43,191 nucleotides of DNA. It comes from Promethearchaeia archaeon. Lineage in GTDB: Archaea; Asgardarchaeota; Lokiarchaeia; Sigyniarchaeales; SOKP01. Positions 1 to 9,650 of the stretch are shown here, in pieces. Where the stretch lies: positions 1 through 43,191 of the forward strand of contig JAHQWJ010000041.1 of assembly GCA_029856125.1 (NCBI GenBank). The letters are read 5' to 3'. The notes beneath the pieces were generated by a model that worked only from the letters and a program-made list of their open reading frames with translations, had not been told where the DNA came from and made no database searches. Numbering within the stretch: position 1 is the stretch's first letter; every line of letters starts with the position of its first letter. Position numbers and translations under genes: made by a program.

Positions 1-2
1 TC

Positions 3-407
3 GATCGTGAATTATTAGCGGAGATAATGCGCAATTTAGAACAATTAGAAAGTTCTACAGACTTGGAGGGAAGCGCAATTGTCTCAAAAACGGGATTAAG
101 AATAGCTAGCTCTGAAACTGCTGATATTGTAGCAGACATTTATAGTGCGAGTCCTGCTACTTTAATTTCATTAGGAGAAAAAATCAGTACCGGCTTGGGT
201 CAAGGAGAACTACGAGAAATCGTGATTAGGGGAGTAAAAGGTTACACTATTATATTAGTTGGCGATACAGATAACAATTTCATGCTATTTACAAATTGCT
301 CCAAAGGATATAAGCTAGGATATTATTTCCATAAAATCCGTAAATCCTTTAGAGAAATGGAGCCCACTCTTAAGAGAATTGAAACGAAAGAATTGCAGAC
401 ATCGTGA
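3..407 (+). CDS. Roadblock/LC7 (MglB-like) domain protein, probably 5'-truncated by the window edge
   Basis: Roadblock pattern (LEGSAIVSKTGLRIASS...ATLISLGEKISTGLGQGELREIVIRGVKGYTIIL). The frame is open upstream of the ATG at 27 (DRELLAEI-M), so the real start may lie before base 1. Confidence 0.85.
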   Translation, partial: DRELLAEIMRNLEQLESSTDLEGSAIVSKTGLRIASSETADIVADIYSASPATLISLGEKISTGLGQGELREIVIRGVKGYTIILVGDTDNNFMLFTNCSKGYKLGYYFHKIRKSFREMEPTLKRIETKELQTS

Positions 408-438
408 TTTTGTTTAGAAATTAGCGAAATCTTGTTTT

Positions 439-861
439 TTATACATGCTTCCATTTAACAGTATCGTTATCTAGTAAATTGAAATGATTCGAAGCCATTC
501 TTGGGGGAATACTATTATTAACTGTGTATATCCAACTAGCAACACTATTAATTTCTTTTATATATATATCCGAACCAAAATTTTGAATAATAATTTCGCA
601 ACAATTTAGGAGAAGGTGATACACTGTAGTTTGATAATTAGTCAAACTAATATTTTCAAATTTTTCATTCGTTTTTACTCCAGAATAATCGATAAATAAG
701 GTAATATTATCAACACTGTATTGTTTCACATCTCTTTCTCCCTCGTTTTGATTGATAGGAGATGGCGGATTATGGAGGAGGAGTGAATTAAAAAAAAATA
801 GTAAACTAAAGCAAGAAACACCAAGAAATGCCAATAAAATATATTTATTCCTTTTCTCCAT
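439..861 (-). CDS. DUF4430 (transcobalamin C-terminal-like) domain protein with N-terminal membrane anchor
   Basis: N-terminal hydrophobic helix, then ITLFIDY...TVYHLL...YIKEINS...WIYTVN...LLDNDTVKW, the DUF4430 pattern. It lies near an ECF S component. Confidence 0.7.
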   Translation of the reverse strand: MEKRNKYILLAFLGVSCFSLLFFFNSLLLHNPPSPINQNEGERDVKQYSVDNITLFIDYSGVKTNEKFENISLTNYQTTVYHLLLNCCEIIIQNFGSDIYIKEINSVASWIYTVNNSIPPRMASNHFNLLDNDTVKWKHV

Positions 862-898
862 CTTTCAAAATAAAAATAATTTAAAATTATTATGTAAT

Positions 899-1705
899 TT
901 ATTTTTTGTTTTTTTGCTTTTTTTTTGTATTAAGGATTAAGAGTATTGTTGTAATACTAAGAGTAGTGAATGTTATTATTGGCGTGTATGAAGGAATTAT
1001 TTGAGGTTCAGTGTTTAAGGTTGGTAGATTAGTTAATGTCATCTCAAGGTTATAATTTCCTACAGAAATATTTGTATAAATTAATAGTCCTGAAATCTTA
1101 TCATAAATAGATTTGGTTTTCTGAAGGAATCCTACTTCTTGGCGAAAATCAAATGAAATGTTATTTTGAGTCTCTTCAATGATAACGGTTGCATTCCACC
1201 ATGGAGGTTCATCTTGTGCTAAAGCTTGCTGTTTTAAGAAAGTAAAATTATTGTTTGGAATTAAAAATCCCGACTTAAAATAATTGTATCCAAGAGCCAA
1301 ATTCATATCAGCCTCTCCATTTGAAATATTGTAAAAAGTAGTATTTGTAACAAGAACGCCTAGTTGGTTTTCCTTGAACTCTATATTCATGTATGGTATA
1401 GGGCTTTCGAAAAGATTATAATCATCATAAGGATCTTTATCGTAAAATCCCGTGAAATTAACTAAAATTTGACCTCCTGGAGTTGTATTGGCGAATCCTC
1501 TTGGTGGAGCAACCCAATTTAATTCTCTCCATTCAAGTGATTTACTAGTATTAAATGATGTAACATTATATACATAAATTTCGTCGAGATCCAATTGATC
1601 ATTATAATTATCGGGCGTTAAAGGAGAGGAAGTCGCTGAAAGATTAAAAGTGCAGAAAATCAACATCGCAACAAAAAATCCAAAATACAGTTTCTTATTA
1701 TTCAT
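899..1705 (-). CDS. Secreted surface glycoprotein with Loki-CTERM-like C-terminal anchor
   Basis: Signal peptide; 11 N-X-S/T sequons; C-terminal IPSY motif followed by a hydrophobic helix and a basic tail (KKKQKNKK). Confidence 0.7.
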   Translation of the reverse strand: MNNKKLYFGFFVAMLIFCTFNLSATSSPLTPDNYNDQLDLDEIYVYNVTSFNTSKSLEWRELNWVAPPRGFANTTPGGQILVNFTGFYDKDPYDDYNLFESPIPYMNIEFKENQLGVLVTNTTFYNISNGEADMNLALGYNYFKSGFLIPNNNFTFLKQQALAQDEPPWWNATVIIEETQNNISFDFRQEVGFLQKTKSIYDKISGLLIYTNISVGNYNLEMTLTNLPTLNTEPQIIPSYTPIITFTTLSITTILLILNTKKKQKNKK

Positions 1706-1841
1706 AGAATCTATCTTTTTTTTAATTAGGTATCTTGTCCTATAATTATATAGGTTAAGTTTCCTATATATTTAAAAATTGTGAAAAATTATGATATTTA
1801 CCTTTTAGAGTTTTAAATAATTTAGCTGAAACCTTAAAAAT

Positions 1842-2510
1842 ATGAGTATTCGAAAAAAAACAACCGTAGATCCCTTAAACTCTCAATTTTCTAAAACCGA
1901 TGATGTAGAGATATTGAATTCTGAAAGAGTGAATAGCTCAGTTTGGTTAGAAAGGAGATCCTTCCGAATTTCGCTTATCGCCACTTTTACGGCTTTAGCT
2001 ATTGTTTTGGGATATGCAATGGCATACATCCCCAATATTGAGGTTTTTACTTTAATGATCTTCTTATCAGGTTTTATTATGGGCAAAAAAGAAGGAGCAA
2101 TAATTGGATTATTGAGCGCATCCATTTTTACTTTCTTTAACCCATTTGGATCTTCTCCGCCCCTGCTTTTTATTTATCAACTGATACATTATTCTTTAAC
2201 CGGATTATCTGGTGGTTTGGCAAAGAATTTTATGTTAAATAGAAAGTTCTTTAAACCGAAAGAAGATTTGTACGTATACCAAGTAATGGTTATATTTGGT
2301 GTTATTGGAGGGATTCTTACATTTCTTTTCGATATTTTGAGCACTTTGTTCGGTGGATTTACTGTATCTACTTCAATAGATTATTTTATAGCGTCATATT
2401 TATTAGGAATAGTGACTATGTTTACTCCAGTCCACTTAATAGGAAATATTTTAGGTTTTGTATTCCTACTGCCTGGATTAATTCAGGTGATTACGAAATT
2501 AGTTGATTAG
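1842..2510 (+). CDS. ECF transporter S component (CbrT-like)
   Basis: About 5-6 TM helices; ATFTALAIVLG...IPNIEVFTLMIFLSGFIMGKKEGAIIG matches the S-component pattern. Confidence 0.8.
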   Translation: MSIRKKTTVDPLNSQFSKTDDVEILNSERVNSSVWLERRSFRISLIATFTALAIVLGYAMAYIPNIEVFTLMIFLSGFIMGKKEGAIIGLLSASIFTFFNPFGSSPPLLFIYQLIHYSLTGLSGGLAKNFMLNRKFFKPKEDLYVYQVMVIFGVIGGILTFLFDILSTLFGGFTVSTSIDYFIASYLLGIVTMFTPVHLIGNILGFVFLLPGLIQVITKLVD

Positions 2511-2559
2511 ACCTACAGAAATATAAATAAGAAATAAGCTAAAATTAAAGGTTAAACTA

Positions 2560-3042
2560 TTATTCTGCTGCTACTAGAAGGGTAACTTTGCCACCAGCGG
2601 ATTCAATTTTCTCGATCGCACGTTTAGATGCCTTGTTAACGGTTATATTGATTTTATTATTGATTTCACCGCGACCCAAGATTTTTTGAACATTAAGGTC
2701 TTTCATATTAATCGAATATGTCGTTCCTGTTTTTGTAGCAATGTTTTTCTGAGTTAGATCTTCAATTGTTAAATCAAGGTCTTTAATATTTAAGGTGTTT
2801 ACGCGGTAAATCCTTCTAATATCTTGTGGTCTCTTAAAACCTTTCTTTCCAAAATCCCAATCAGGATCGGGAAATCCCAATTCTTTTTGCTTTAGATAAT
2901 AAGATTTTTTACTTTTCTTCCATCCGGTTGTTTTTCCTTTTCCAGCCCTTTGGCCCGCTTTTCGGTGTTGACCAACTCTTCCATAGCCTACAGTTCGAGT
3001 TCCTCTCATTTTTCGTATTCTTTTAGGATATTTTCTCGTCAT
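2560..3042 (-). CDS. rpl15: 50S ribosomal protein uL15
   Basis: RKMRGTRTVGYGRVGQHRKAGQRAGKG; KILGRG; ASKRAIEKIESAGGKV; operon position. Confidence 0.97.
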   Translation of the reverse strand: MTRKYPKRIRKMRGTRTVGYGRVGQHRKAGQRAGKGKTTGWKKSKKSYYLKQKELGFPDPDWDFGKKGFKRPQDIRRIYRVNTLNIKDLDLTIEDLTQKNIATKTGTTYSINMKDLNVQKILGRGEINNKINITVNKASKRAIEKIESAGGKVTLLVAAE

Positions 3043-3059
3043 TTTATTTACCCCTCTTA

Positions 3060-3596
3060 TTACATCATTTTGTGAAGTATTACATTTATGAACTGATCTA
3101 CATAGCCCAGAGTTCCACCTTCATTGTAATGTCTTTTAATCGTTCCACGGTGTCCTTTTCTTGGGGGATGTAACCGAAAAACTGGTTTTATTTTATACAC
3201 ATCTTGTGTTCGATACTTAATTTCTCCAGATATAAGCGCTTTTGAAAATTCTTTCAGATCTTTGTATTTAGTTAGATTTTTAATATGTTCATCTGTGAGT
3301 GGTTTATTTCCTTCAACTTTTCCTCTGGTTCTTAACAAGCGTAAGAGCGTTTTTTCGTCAATTTCGCCGTAGGCAATATAATCTTTGCACTTTTTAAGCA
3401 TGCCTAGGTAACTCGTTTCGCCCCATATAAGGACTCCATGATTTACTCTGTGCATTCTTAGCATTTTTAAAGAATCTAATATTGTGCGTTTCATTCCTGG
3501 GGCGCCCCTTATACGAATTGCAAAGTACAACACAGGGGGTTTCGGGGTTTTAGTTTTTGATTTTTTTCTTACAATTACATTATTTTCAGCCATCAT
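3060..3596 (-). CDS. rpl30: 50S ribosomal protein uL30 (long archaeal form)
   Basis: AIRIRG; KPVFRLHPPRKG; GGTLGY; operon position. Confidence 0.96.
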   Translation of the reverse strand: MMAENNVIVRKKSKTKTPKPPVLYFAIRIRGAPGMKRTILDSLKMLRMHRVNHGVLIWGETSYLGMLKKCKDYIAYGEIDEKTLLRLLRTRGKVEGNKPLTDEHIKNLTKYKDLKEFSKALISGEIKYRTQDVYKIKPVFRLHPPRKGHRGTIKRHYNEGGTLGYVDQFINVILHKMM

Positions 3597-3612
3597 TTAC
3601 ACCACTCATCAG

Positions 3613-4254
3613 TTATAAATTGAAATTAAATTTATGAGCATTCTTAAGAGCATTAAAGGTAGCCTTCACTAGGTTTTCGCTAGTCCTTGTATCTCCAAAG
3701 GATTTACTCCATACATCTTCTATCCCAGCCAACTTTAACACTTGTTTTACCTTATCAGCACAAACTAATCCAACTCCTTGTGGAGCAGGAATTAAGTGTA
3801 TTTTGACAGAACCACACTTTCCATCTACTTTAAAAGGTACGCTATGAGTATGGCCGCAACCACATTCTTTACTACCACACCCTCTAAGAACAGGAACCAC
3901 GGCAATCTTCGCTCTGTCAATTGCTTTCCTAATTGCTGGTCCAACTTCTCGTGATTTAGCAGAACCTATACCTATAAAACCGTCTGCTCCAACGATAACT
4001 ACCGCTTTAAATCTAGAGCGCTGGCCACTAGCTGTCATTTGTTGTACCATATTTATAGTTACAACGCTTTCTTTAAGTTGAGGAAGAAGAACATTAATTA
4101 TTTCTTTTTCTTTTACAATAAGATTATTCGCAAATATTTTTTCTAAAGTGATTAATCCGCTTTGTACGAGTTCCCCAAGTTTAGTCTTAGGAATCCAACC
4201 TTCATTAATAGGTCTTGGTTGTCTCGGTTTTCTCTGATTTCTCCGTTGACTCAT
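3613..4254 (-). CDS. rps5: 30S ribosomal protein uS5
   Basis: WIPKTKLGELV; RGCGSKECGC; GKCGSV; LAGIEDVW. Confidence 0.97.
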   Translation of the reverse strand: MSQRRNQRKPRQPRPINEGWIPKTKLGELVQSGLITLEKIFANNLIVKEKEIINVLLPQLKESVVTINMVQQMTASGQRSRFKAVVIVGADGFIGIGSAKSREVGPAIRKAIDRAKIAVVPVLRGCGSKECGCGHTHSVPFKVDGKCGSVKIHLIPAPQGVGLVCADKVKQVLKLAGIEDVWSKSFGDTRTSENLVKATFNALKNAHKFNFNL

Positions 4255-4265
4255 TTAATTCACCT

Positions 4266-4859
4266 TTAAGTACTATCTTCAATTTGTTTTACTGTCTTGG
4301 AAATAACTTGATTAATTTTTAATGGATTTATATTATTTTTTTTTAAATAACCTGAGAAAACTTGCTCGTATTTCTCGGGTTCCTCGCTTTTTAGAAGATT
4401 TGCATATCTCTCAATGTGAGAGCCTTTGATAGTTTCTTCGATATTTTCTGGGAAAAAATCCTTGTTATGAGGAATCTCTAAACCAGAATTTACAATTCCT
4501 TTAAATGCTGCCAACACCCGATTCCTATGATAAAATATTCCCAAATCAAGGATTGCTTCTTGAACATTTTGCTTTTTTGCTCTTGTTCCTGCTAGAAATC
4601 CTGTTAAGTATGCTGCGGGAATGTTTCCAGTATTTGCATTCCATCCAAATTTGGTTGTTAATTCTTTAGAATGTGCAGAGACGATAATCTTATCTCCTCC
4701 TAGCTTAGATTGAATAATCTGTACTGTGATATGATTATTTGAAGCCCTAATTACAGCTCTTAATTTTTTTGATTTTAATAATTTTAATCTTTTATGGTAA
4801 TTTGTTTTTCCTTCTGCTCTCCTTCTGAACGGTCTTCGATATCTCGGTCCCTTTGCCAT
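4266..4859 (-). CDS. rpl18: 50S ribosomal protein uL18
   Basis: MAKGPRYRRPFRRRAEGKTNYHKRLKLL; GNIPAAYLTG. Confidence 0.97.
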   Translation of the reverse strand: MAKGPRYRRPFRRRAEGKTNYHKRLKLLKSKKLRAVIRASNNHITVQIIQSKLGGDKIIVSAHSKELTTKFGWNANTGNIPAAYLTGFLAGTRAKKQNVQEAILDLGIFYHRNRVLAAFKGIVNSGLEIPHNKDFFPENIEETIKGSHIERYANLLKSEEPEKYEQVFSGYLKKNNINPLKINQVISKTVKQIEDST

Positions 4860-4861
4860 TT

Positions 4862-5317
4862 TTATCGACCTCTTCTAATTAAATCTTTTTCTTTAATGTA
4901 ACGGTTCATTTGTGCAACGCTAGCAAACATTCCGCCTTTTGCGTTTTTATATAGCTTTCTATAAACTGCGGTAGTAATCAATTTTCGATCTCTTAACTTT
5001 TTCAGCTCCCGCCTCTGAGGACGAATTCGATTCATCCACATTTTTTTCTTTGGAAATCGGGCTTTTTTTGTTCCTTTTCGTTTTCCTATGCCTCTAGCTC
5101 TACCTTTTTTCTTGCGTTCATGAAGTAGGTTCTTTCTATATTTTGAATTGCCTTTTTTATATTTTTTTATAATAATGCCTTCTTTTACCAAATTGCGGAT
5201 GTCTTCTCGAGTGATTGCCATTTTTATTTCATCTATTAAGTATGGATCGAAATAAACCCGGTTCTCCCCACATTTCAATACTTCTGCTGCCATTCTTTTT
5301 TGGGCTTTTAAACTCAT
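4862..5317 (-). CDS. rpl19e: 50S ribosomal protein eL19
   Basis: LKAQKRMAAEVLKCGENRV; AITREDIR; GKRKGTKKAR. Confidence 0.97.
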   Translation of the reverse strand: MSLKAQKRMAAEVLKCGENRVYFDPYLIDEIKMAITREDIRNLVKEGIIIKKYKKGNSKYRKNLLHERKKKGRARGIGKRKGTKKARFPKKKMWMNRIRPQRRELKKLRDRKLITTAVYRKLYKNAKGGMFASVAQMNRYIKEKDLIRRGR

Positions 5318-5351
5318 ATCTTATCACATAAAATTATATAATTTGAGAATT

Positions 5352-5825
5352 TTATTCGTCCTCGTCCTCTTCTTCCAATAAATCTTCATCATCCAGATCT
5401 TCAATAGAAGATTTAAGGGCTGCCTCTAAACTTTCCATTTCTCCTTGCGATATTCCTATATTAAGGACTTTAAATCCTCTTTTTTGAGCATAATCAATCA
5501 AATGTATTTTTTTTTTAACGCCTAATGTAGTAGAAATTTTAATTGCGTGTTTTTTATTATTTAAGGTTTCCAATTCATCAATGGTTGCGACTCTTACCTC
5601 TTCATATCCTGATGGATGTAATCCACGTATCTTCTTAGGGCCTCTATACCCAGTTGAAGGTGATTTGACTCCTGATTTAGATTTTATTCGAGTTCGTGAA
5701 TCAATTCCTCTCGCTTTTCTCCAAGAATCTTTTACTCTTACATATCTCCAAGATTCAACTCTCCTAAAGGAGGGTCGCTTCTTATTCATTTTTTTCCTGA
5801 GTTCTATTAGTCTTTTTTGTTCCAT
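5352..5825 (-). CDS. rpl32e: 50S ribosomal protein eL32 with acidic C-terminal tail
   Basis: KRPSFRRVES; WRKARGIDS; RGLHPSG. Confidence 0.96.
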   Translation of the reverse strand: MEQKRLIELRKKMNKKRPSFRRVESWRYVRVKDSWRKARGIDSRTRIKSKSGVKSPSTGYRGPKKIRGLHPSGYEEVRVATIDELETLNNKKHAIKISTTLGVKKKIHLIDYAQKRGFKVLNIGISQGEMESLEAALKSSIEDLDDEDLLEEEDEDE

Positions 5826-5840
5826 ATTTTCTACCTCTTT

Positions 5841-6419
5841 TTATTTTACCTCCCAGGTAATATTGTCTCCGCTTTGAATTTTATAGAGGTATACGCCATC
5901 TTGAAAGACTCTTGGGTCTTTCTTTCTTATTCTGCAAGCTTTTTTTATGTTCGCAGCAGTCTGACCTAATGTTTCTTTATCGGGTCCGGTTAATATTACA
6001 TCCTCACCGTCAATTTTAACATCGACATTTTTCAGATATTTAGTAACTCTTGGAGCTCTCTCTCCAAGGAAGTTAACAACATGAATTTCCATTTTATCAG
6101 GTTTGACTTCCACCGTGCATGGAAAATGACTATAACATACTTTACAAATGTACTTATAGTTCGTTTGAACGCCATTTATTAAGTTTTTAATTAGATTGAT
6201 AATAGTTTTTATTAAAGCAAGGGTTCCACTTTTTGGGAAGTTAGTAGTGAAGGTCATAAGGTTGTCTTCAATTGTAACCTTTATACCTCTAATATGCGAA
6301 AAGTCTTTTGTTATCTTTCCGTTAGGTCCACTTACAGTAATATGATGGTTTCCGTCAAGGGTAACAGTGACTCCCTGTGGAATTTCCAGTTCTTCTTTAA
6401 AAAATGCTACTTTTACCAT
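5841..6419 (-). CDS. rpl6: 50S ribosomal protein uL6
   Basis: YSHFP; NFLGER; GQTAANI; KDPRVFQDGVY. Confidence 0.97.
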   Translation of the reverse strand: MVKVAFFKEELEIPQGVTVTLDGNHHITVSGPNGKITKDFSHIRGIKVTIEDNLMTFTTNFPKSGTLALIKTIINLIKNLINGVQTNYKYICKVCYSHFPCTVEVKPDKMEIHVVNFLGERAPRVTKYLKNVDVKIDGEDVILTGPDKETLGQTAANIKKACRIRKKDPRVFQDGVYLYKIQSGDNITWEVK

Positions 6420-6453
6420 TTATCTTTACCATTTTTCTTTTTTTTTATTTGTG

Positions 6454-6837
6454 TTAATAGACATAACACAAGGTCATACCGCCGATATGTTTTTCTTCGG
6501 CTTCTTTCATGGTCATAATACCTTGGTTTGTAGTTAACACGATTATTCCTAAACCCGGCGCTGGAAGTAGTTTCCTTTCAAGTGATTCGAATTGCGAAAC
6601 ATTGTAATTAAGCCTCATTAAACCAGCACAATGATTAATTTTACTTAATAACGCAACTTTGAATTTACCTTGTCTGCCATCGTCATATCTTTCAAACTCT
6701 CCAACATATGCGTGTTGTTGGAAGATTCTAAGAACCATTTGGTTTAATTTTGATGCAGGACTAATGGTTACTTCCTTTTTTCTCGCTTTTTCTGAGTTCT
6801 TAAGATTATTACACATATCGGCTAATGTATTCGTCAT
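6454..6837 (-). CDS. rps8: 30S ribosomal protein uS8
   Basis: YVGEFE..DDGRQGKF; LLPAPGLGIIVLTTNQGIM; GG...YVY. Confidence 0.96.
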   Translation of the reverse strand: MTNTLADMCNNLKNSEKARKKEVTISPASKLNQMVLRIFQQHAYVGEFERYDDGRQGKFKVALLSKINHCAGLMRLNYNVSQFESLERKLLPAPGLGIIVLTTNQGIMTMKEAEEKHIGGMTLCYVY

Positions 6838-6865
6838 TTTCTACTCCTCATACCAAATTATCGTT

Positions 6866-7012
6866 TTAATCATACCTATAAAATCCAATATCTTTTCCAA
6901 TTTCGTAAAAACATCTACGACATATATTTAAACCATACCTTCTTATCAATCCTCTATGAGTATGGCATCGTCTACATTCTCTTTGACCTTTACCTATCTT
7001 ACCTTGCGGCAT
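6866..7012 (-). CDS. rps14: 30S ribosomal protein uS14 (zinc-binding; absent from the ORF track)
   Basis: Manual translation gives MPQGKIGKGQRECRRCHTHRGLIRRYGLNICRRCFYEIGKDIGFYRYD* (48 aa; alternative in-frame ATGs up to 7021). Two CxxC motifs, and it sits in the canonical slot between uL5 and uS8. Confidence 0.95.
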   Translation of the reverse strand: MPQGKIGKGQRECRRCHTHRGLIRRYGLNICRRCFYEIGKDIGFYRYD

Positions 7013-7031
7013 AATCATCATTTTTGTTTAT

Positions 7032-7637
7032 TTAAATATAGTCTAACTCCAATTTGTCTACAATTTCGACACCAAAATTCTTTTTCAAGAAGTATTGTGC
7101 TTCTATTCGAGACACATAATGGTGTTTAGGAACTTTCGCTTTACTTTTTCTTCTGTATTTTACTCGCATTCCAGGTCTTACGATTCTCCCGACAACATCA
7201 AGACCCCAAATACCAATAACATTATCGTATTCAACTCCGGGAATGGTAATATGTTCGGTTATTCCAAAACCGAAATTCCCGTAATTATCAAAACTTTTTC
7301 TAAGGAACTTATCATTGTTAACTACAAGTAATCGTTTTAGTAATTTTTCTGCTGCTGCTTCCCGCACAGTTACCATTGTGCCTATTGGGCGACCAATTCG
7401 CAAATTGAACTCTTTAACATTTTTTTTAGAAAGAGTTTTCACAGGGGTTTTGCCAGAGATAGTTTGTAACACTGTAGCGGCTCTTTCTAATTCTTCACCA
7501 CCTGCACCTACTCCAATATTTAGTACAACCTTTTCTAAATATGGTTTTTTCATAGGGCTAGCCCACATTTCTTCAAATGTCTTCTCTTGCTCTTTGATAG
7601 TTTTTTTCTTGATTTCTCTTGCTGCTCTCATTGACAT
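7032..7637 (-). CDS. rpl5: 50S ribosomal protein uL5
   Basis: PMKKPYLEKVVLNIGVG; SFDNYGNFGFGITEHI; GIWGLDV. Confidence 0.97.
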   Translation of the reverse strand: MSMRAAREIKKKTIKEQEKTFEEMWASPMKKPYLEKVVLNIGVGAGGEELERAATVLQTISGKTPVKTLSKKNVKEFNLRIGRPIGTMVTVREAAAEKLLKRLLVVNNDKFLRKSFDNYGNFGFGITEHITIPGVEYDNVIGIWGLDVVGRIVRPGMRVKYRRKSKAKVPKHHYVSRIEAQYFLKKNFGVEIVDKLELDYI

Positions 7638-7658
7638 TATTTAGTTCCTCTCTTAATT

Positions 7659-8411
7659 TTATTCTGATTTTGGTAAACTAATCTCCGATTGATCCTCTCC
7701 AATTATAAAAGTATAATCGTATAGTGTTTCTGTATGTTCTGAATTATGTTGTATAGAAACTGTACTTGCTTTCGGACCAAATCGCTTTAATATTGTTACA
7801 ACTTTTCCTATCTGTCCGATATTTTTACCGGATATTATAACTGCTAGATTTCCTTCTTTAAATTTTAACACTTTTAGAATTTCTTGTTCTGGAATTGTTA
7901 TTTTTAAAACATCCATTCGTTTATAGATGTCTTCTTTTGGATTCTTCGGATCCTTAACACTGATAAAAATATTCCTCCCATCGTGCAAGTTTAATTGTAT
8001 GTTTCCCCCTTTTAAAGTAGTTTTTTGGATTATTCTACAAAGTTTGAATGTGCTTTCTGCTTCAGGAATTTCGTGCAAAATTAATCCATGATGTGAGTCC
8101 GGTAATACTCGATAATGTGTATTCGTTTTTACGATACTTAACACGTCCATTAATCCTACTGGAAATGTTTTATCCTTCACAACTTTTCCATCCACTTTAA
8201 AATTCCCTAAGCCTATTAGCTTTTTTGCTTCTCTGTGGTTATCAACAATCTCAAAAAGATCTCTCACGATATGTAATAAAGGCAAGCAGGATCTACTCGG
8301 ATGAGGTCCCGGTGAAGGGGTCACAAAGAATTTACCATGCTTTCTTTTTATTTGTAAGAATTTAGGTGTGTTCAATCTTTTTAGCGATCTTGACCCTCCA
8401 TGTCTCGTCAT
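7659..8411 (-). CDS. rps4e: 30S ribosomal protein eS4
   Basis: LKRLNTP; PSPGPH; FPVGLMDV; QLNLHDGRN. Confidence 0.97.
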   Translation of the reverse strand: MTRHGGSRSLKRLNTPKFLQIKRKHGKFFVTPSPGPHPSRSCLPLLHIVRDLFEIVDNHREAKKLIGLGNFKVDGKVVKDKTFPVGLMDVLSIVKTNTHYRVLPDSHHGLILHEIPEAESTFKLCRIIQKTTLKGGNIQLNLHDGRNIFISVKDPKNPKEDIYKRMDVLKITIPEQEILKVLKFKEGNLAVIISGKNIGQIGKVVTILKRFGPKASTVSIQHNSEHTETLYDYTFIIGEDQSEISLPKSE

Positions 8412-8843
8412 TTAATCTTCTTCCTCCTCTTTTTGTTTTTTTGGACCTGTTAGACCCTCTTCTCTGAATCCAAAGATCGCTTTTCTATCAATCATACTCG
8501 CTCTCCATGGATCCATTTTTTTCTCTTTGTGGAATTTTGTTATAACCATTTTTGAGATGTGGATAGCGGGGTGAAATTGAGTCCCATCCGCTTTATCAAA
8601 AGTAGCTTCTTTGATTTTTGCTCGCTGACTTTTAGTGATTTCGATGACCTCTCCTTCAAAATCCTTGAATTCACCTCTCATTATTCTGACTCCATCTCCC
8701 ACTCTTAAAGGAAGTGCTTTAATCCCGTACTCTTCTCGTACGAAATCAGCTACTCTTACCGTTAATAATTTTGACCTCTGATGGTTTTTATATCTATACA
8801 ATGATTTTCTTTGTTTTCGAGGTTGTTTTGATTTTACTTTCAT
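8412..8843 (-). CDS. rpl24: 50S ribosomal protein uL24
   Basis: SKQPRKQRK; LPLRVGDGVRIMRGEFK (KOW motif); IHISKMVITK. Confidence 0.96.
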   Translation of the reverse strand: MKVKSKQPRKQRKSLYRYKNHQRSKLLTVRVADFVREEYGIKALPLRVGDGVRIMRGEFKDFEGEVIEITKSQRAKIKEATFDKADGTQFHPAIHISKMVITKFHKEKKMDPWRASMIDRKAIFGFREEGLTGPKKQKEEEED

Positions 8844-8869
8844 GTCTCTTATCTCTTTATCTTTAATTT

Positions 8870-9295
8870 TTAAATGATTAACGATGAAATTGATGCCAAT
8901 CTTGGAAATAATTCTGCTGCTTCTCTTGCAATAGGTCCACGAATTTCGGTTGCTTTGGGATCGCCTTCCTTAGTTATTATTACACCAGCATTATCCTCAA
9001 AACATAATCTCGTGCCATCTACTCTCCGATAAATCATTTTTTGTCTTACGATAACAGCTTTTACAATGTTTCCCCGCAAATCTGGTCGACCCTTTTTAAC
9101 AGTTACTGTACAGACATCTCCTACTGATGCCTTTGGCAATCTTCTTAATCGTGTTTTGGAACCGTCAACATTAATTATTTGAGCGATTTTTGCTCCAGAA
9201 TTATCGGTAATAAAAATTCTCGTACCATTTTGGACACCATAACTGGTTCTAGGTTTTGCTAAGGTTTTTCTTCCAAGCTTTCTTCTTGTACCCAT
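8870..9295 (-). CDS. rpl14: 50S ribosomal protein uL14
   Basis: DNSGAK; AVIVRQK; FEDNAGVI; GPIAREAAE. Confidence 0.97.
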   Translation of the reverse strand: MGTRRKLGRKTLAKPRTSYGVQNGTRIFITDNSGAKIAQIINVDGSKTRLRRLPKASVGDVCTVTVKKGRPDLRGNIVKAVIVRQKMIYRRVDGTRLCFEDNAGVIITKEGDPKATEIRGPIAREAAELFPRLASISSLII

Positions 9296-9649
9296 TTAAT
9301 TCGCAGCTCCTGCTTTTATTTTATCTAAGACGATAAATGCTTTAGTTTTTGATAGTTTTCTACTTTCTCCTACGCGTACCAGATCACCAACTTCAATATC
9401 GTTGGTTAGACATTCTGGAAGATGGCACGCCAGTCGCGAATTGCGTCTTTCATAACGTTGATATTTCTTTACGAATTGAACATAATCCTGTCTAATTACT
9501 ATTGTATTTTTGGATTTCTTATTGACGACAACACCTTGAGTGATTTTACCTCTAATTCGTGTATTCCCATGAAAAGGACAATCTTTATCATTACATTCAC
9601 GATTTGAAGGAGGATTAACTCCTGGAATGCCAATATTTCTAACGCTCAT
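9296..9649 (-). CDS. rps17: 30S ribosomal protein uS17
   Basis: CNDKDCPFHG; KYQRYERR; ESRKLSKTK. Confidence 0.97.
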   Translation of the reverse strand: MSVRNIGIPGVNPPSNRECNDKDCPFHGNTRIRGKITQGVVVNKKSKNTIVIRQDYVQFVKKYQRYERRNSRLACHLPECLTNDIEVGDLVRVGESRKLSKTKAFIVLDKIKAGAAN

Positions 9650-9650
9650 T

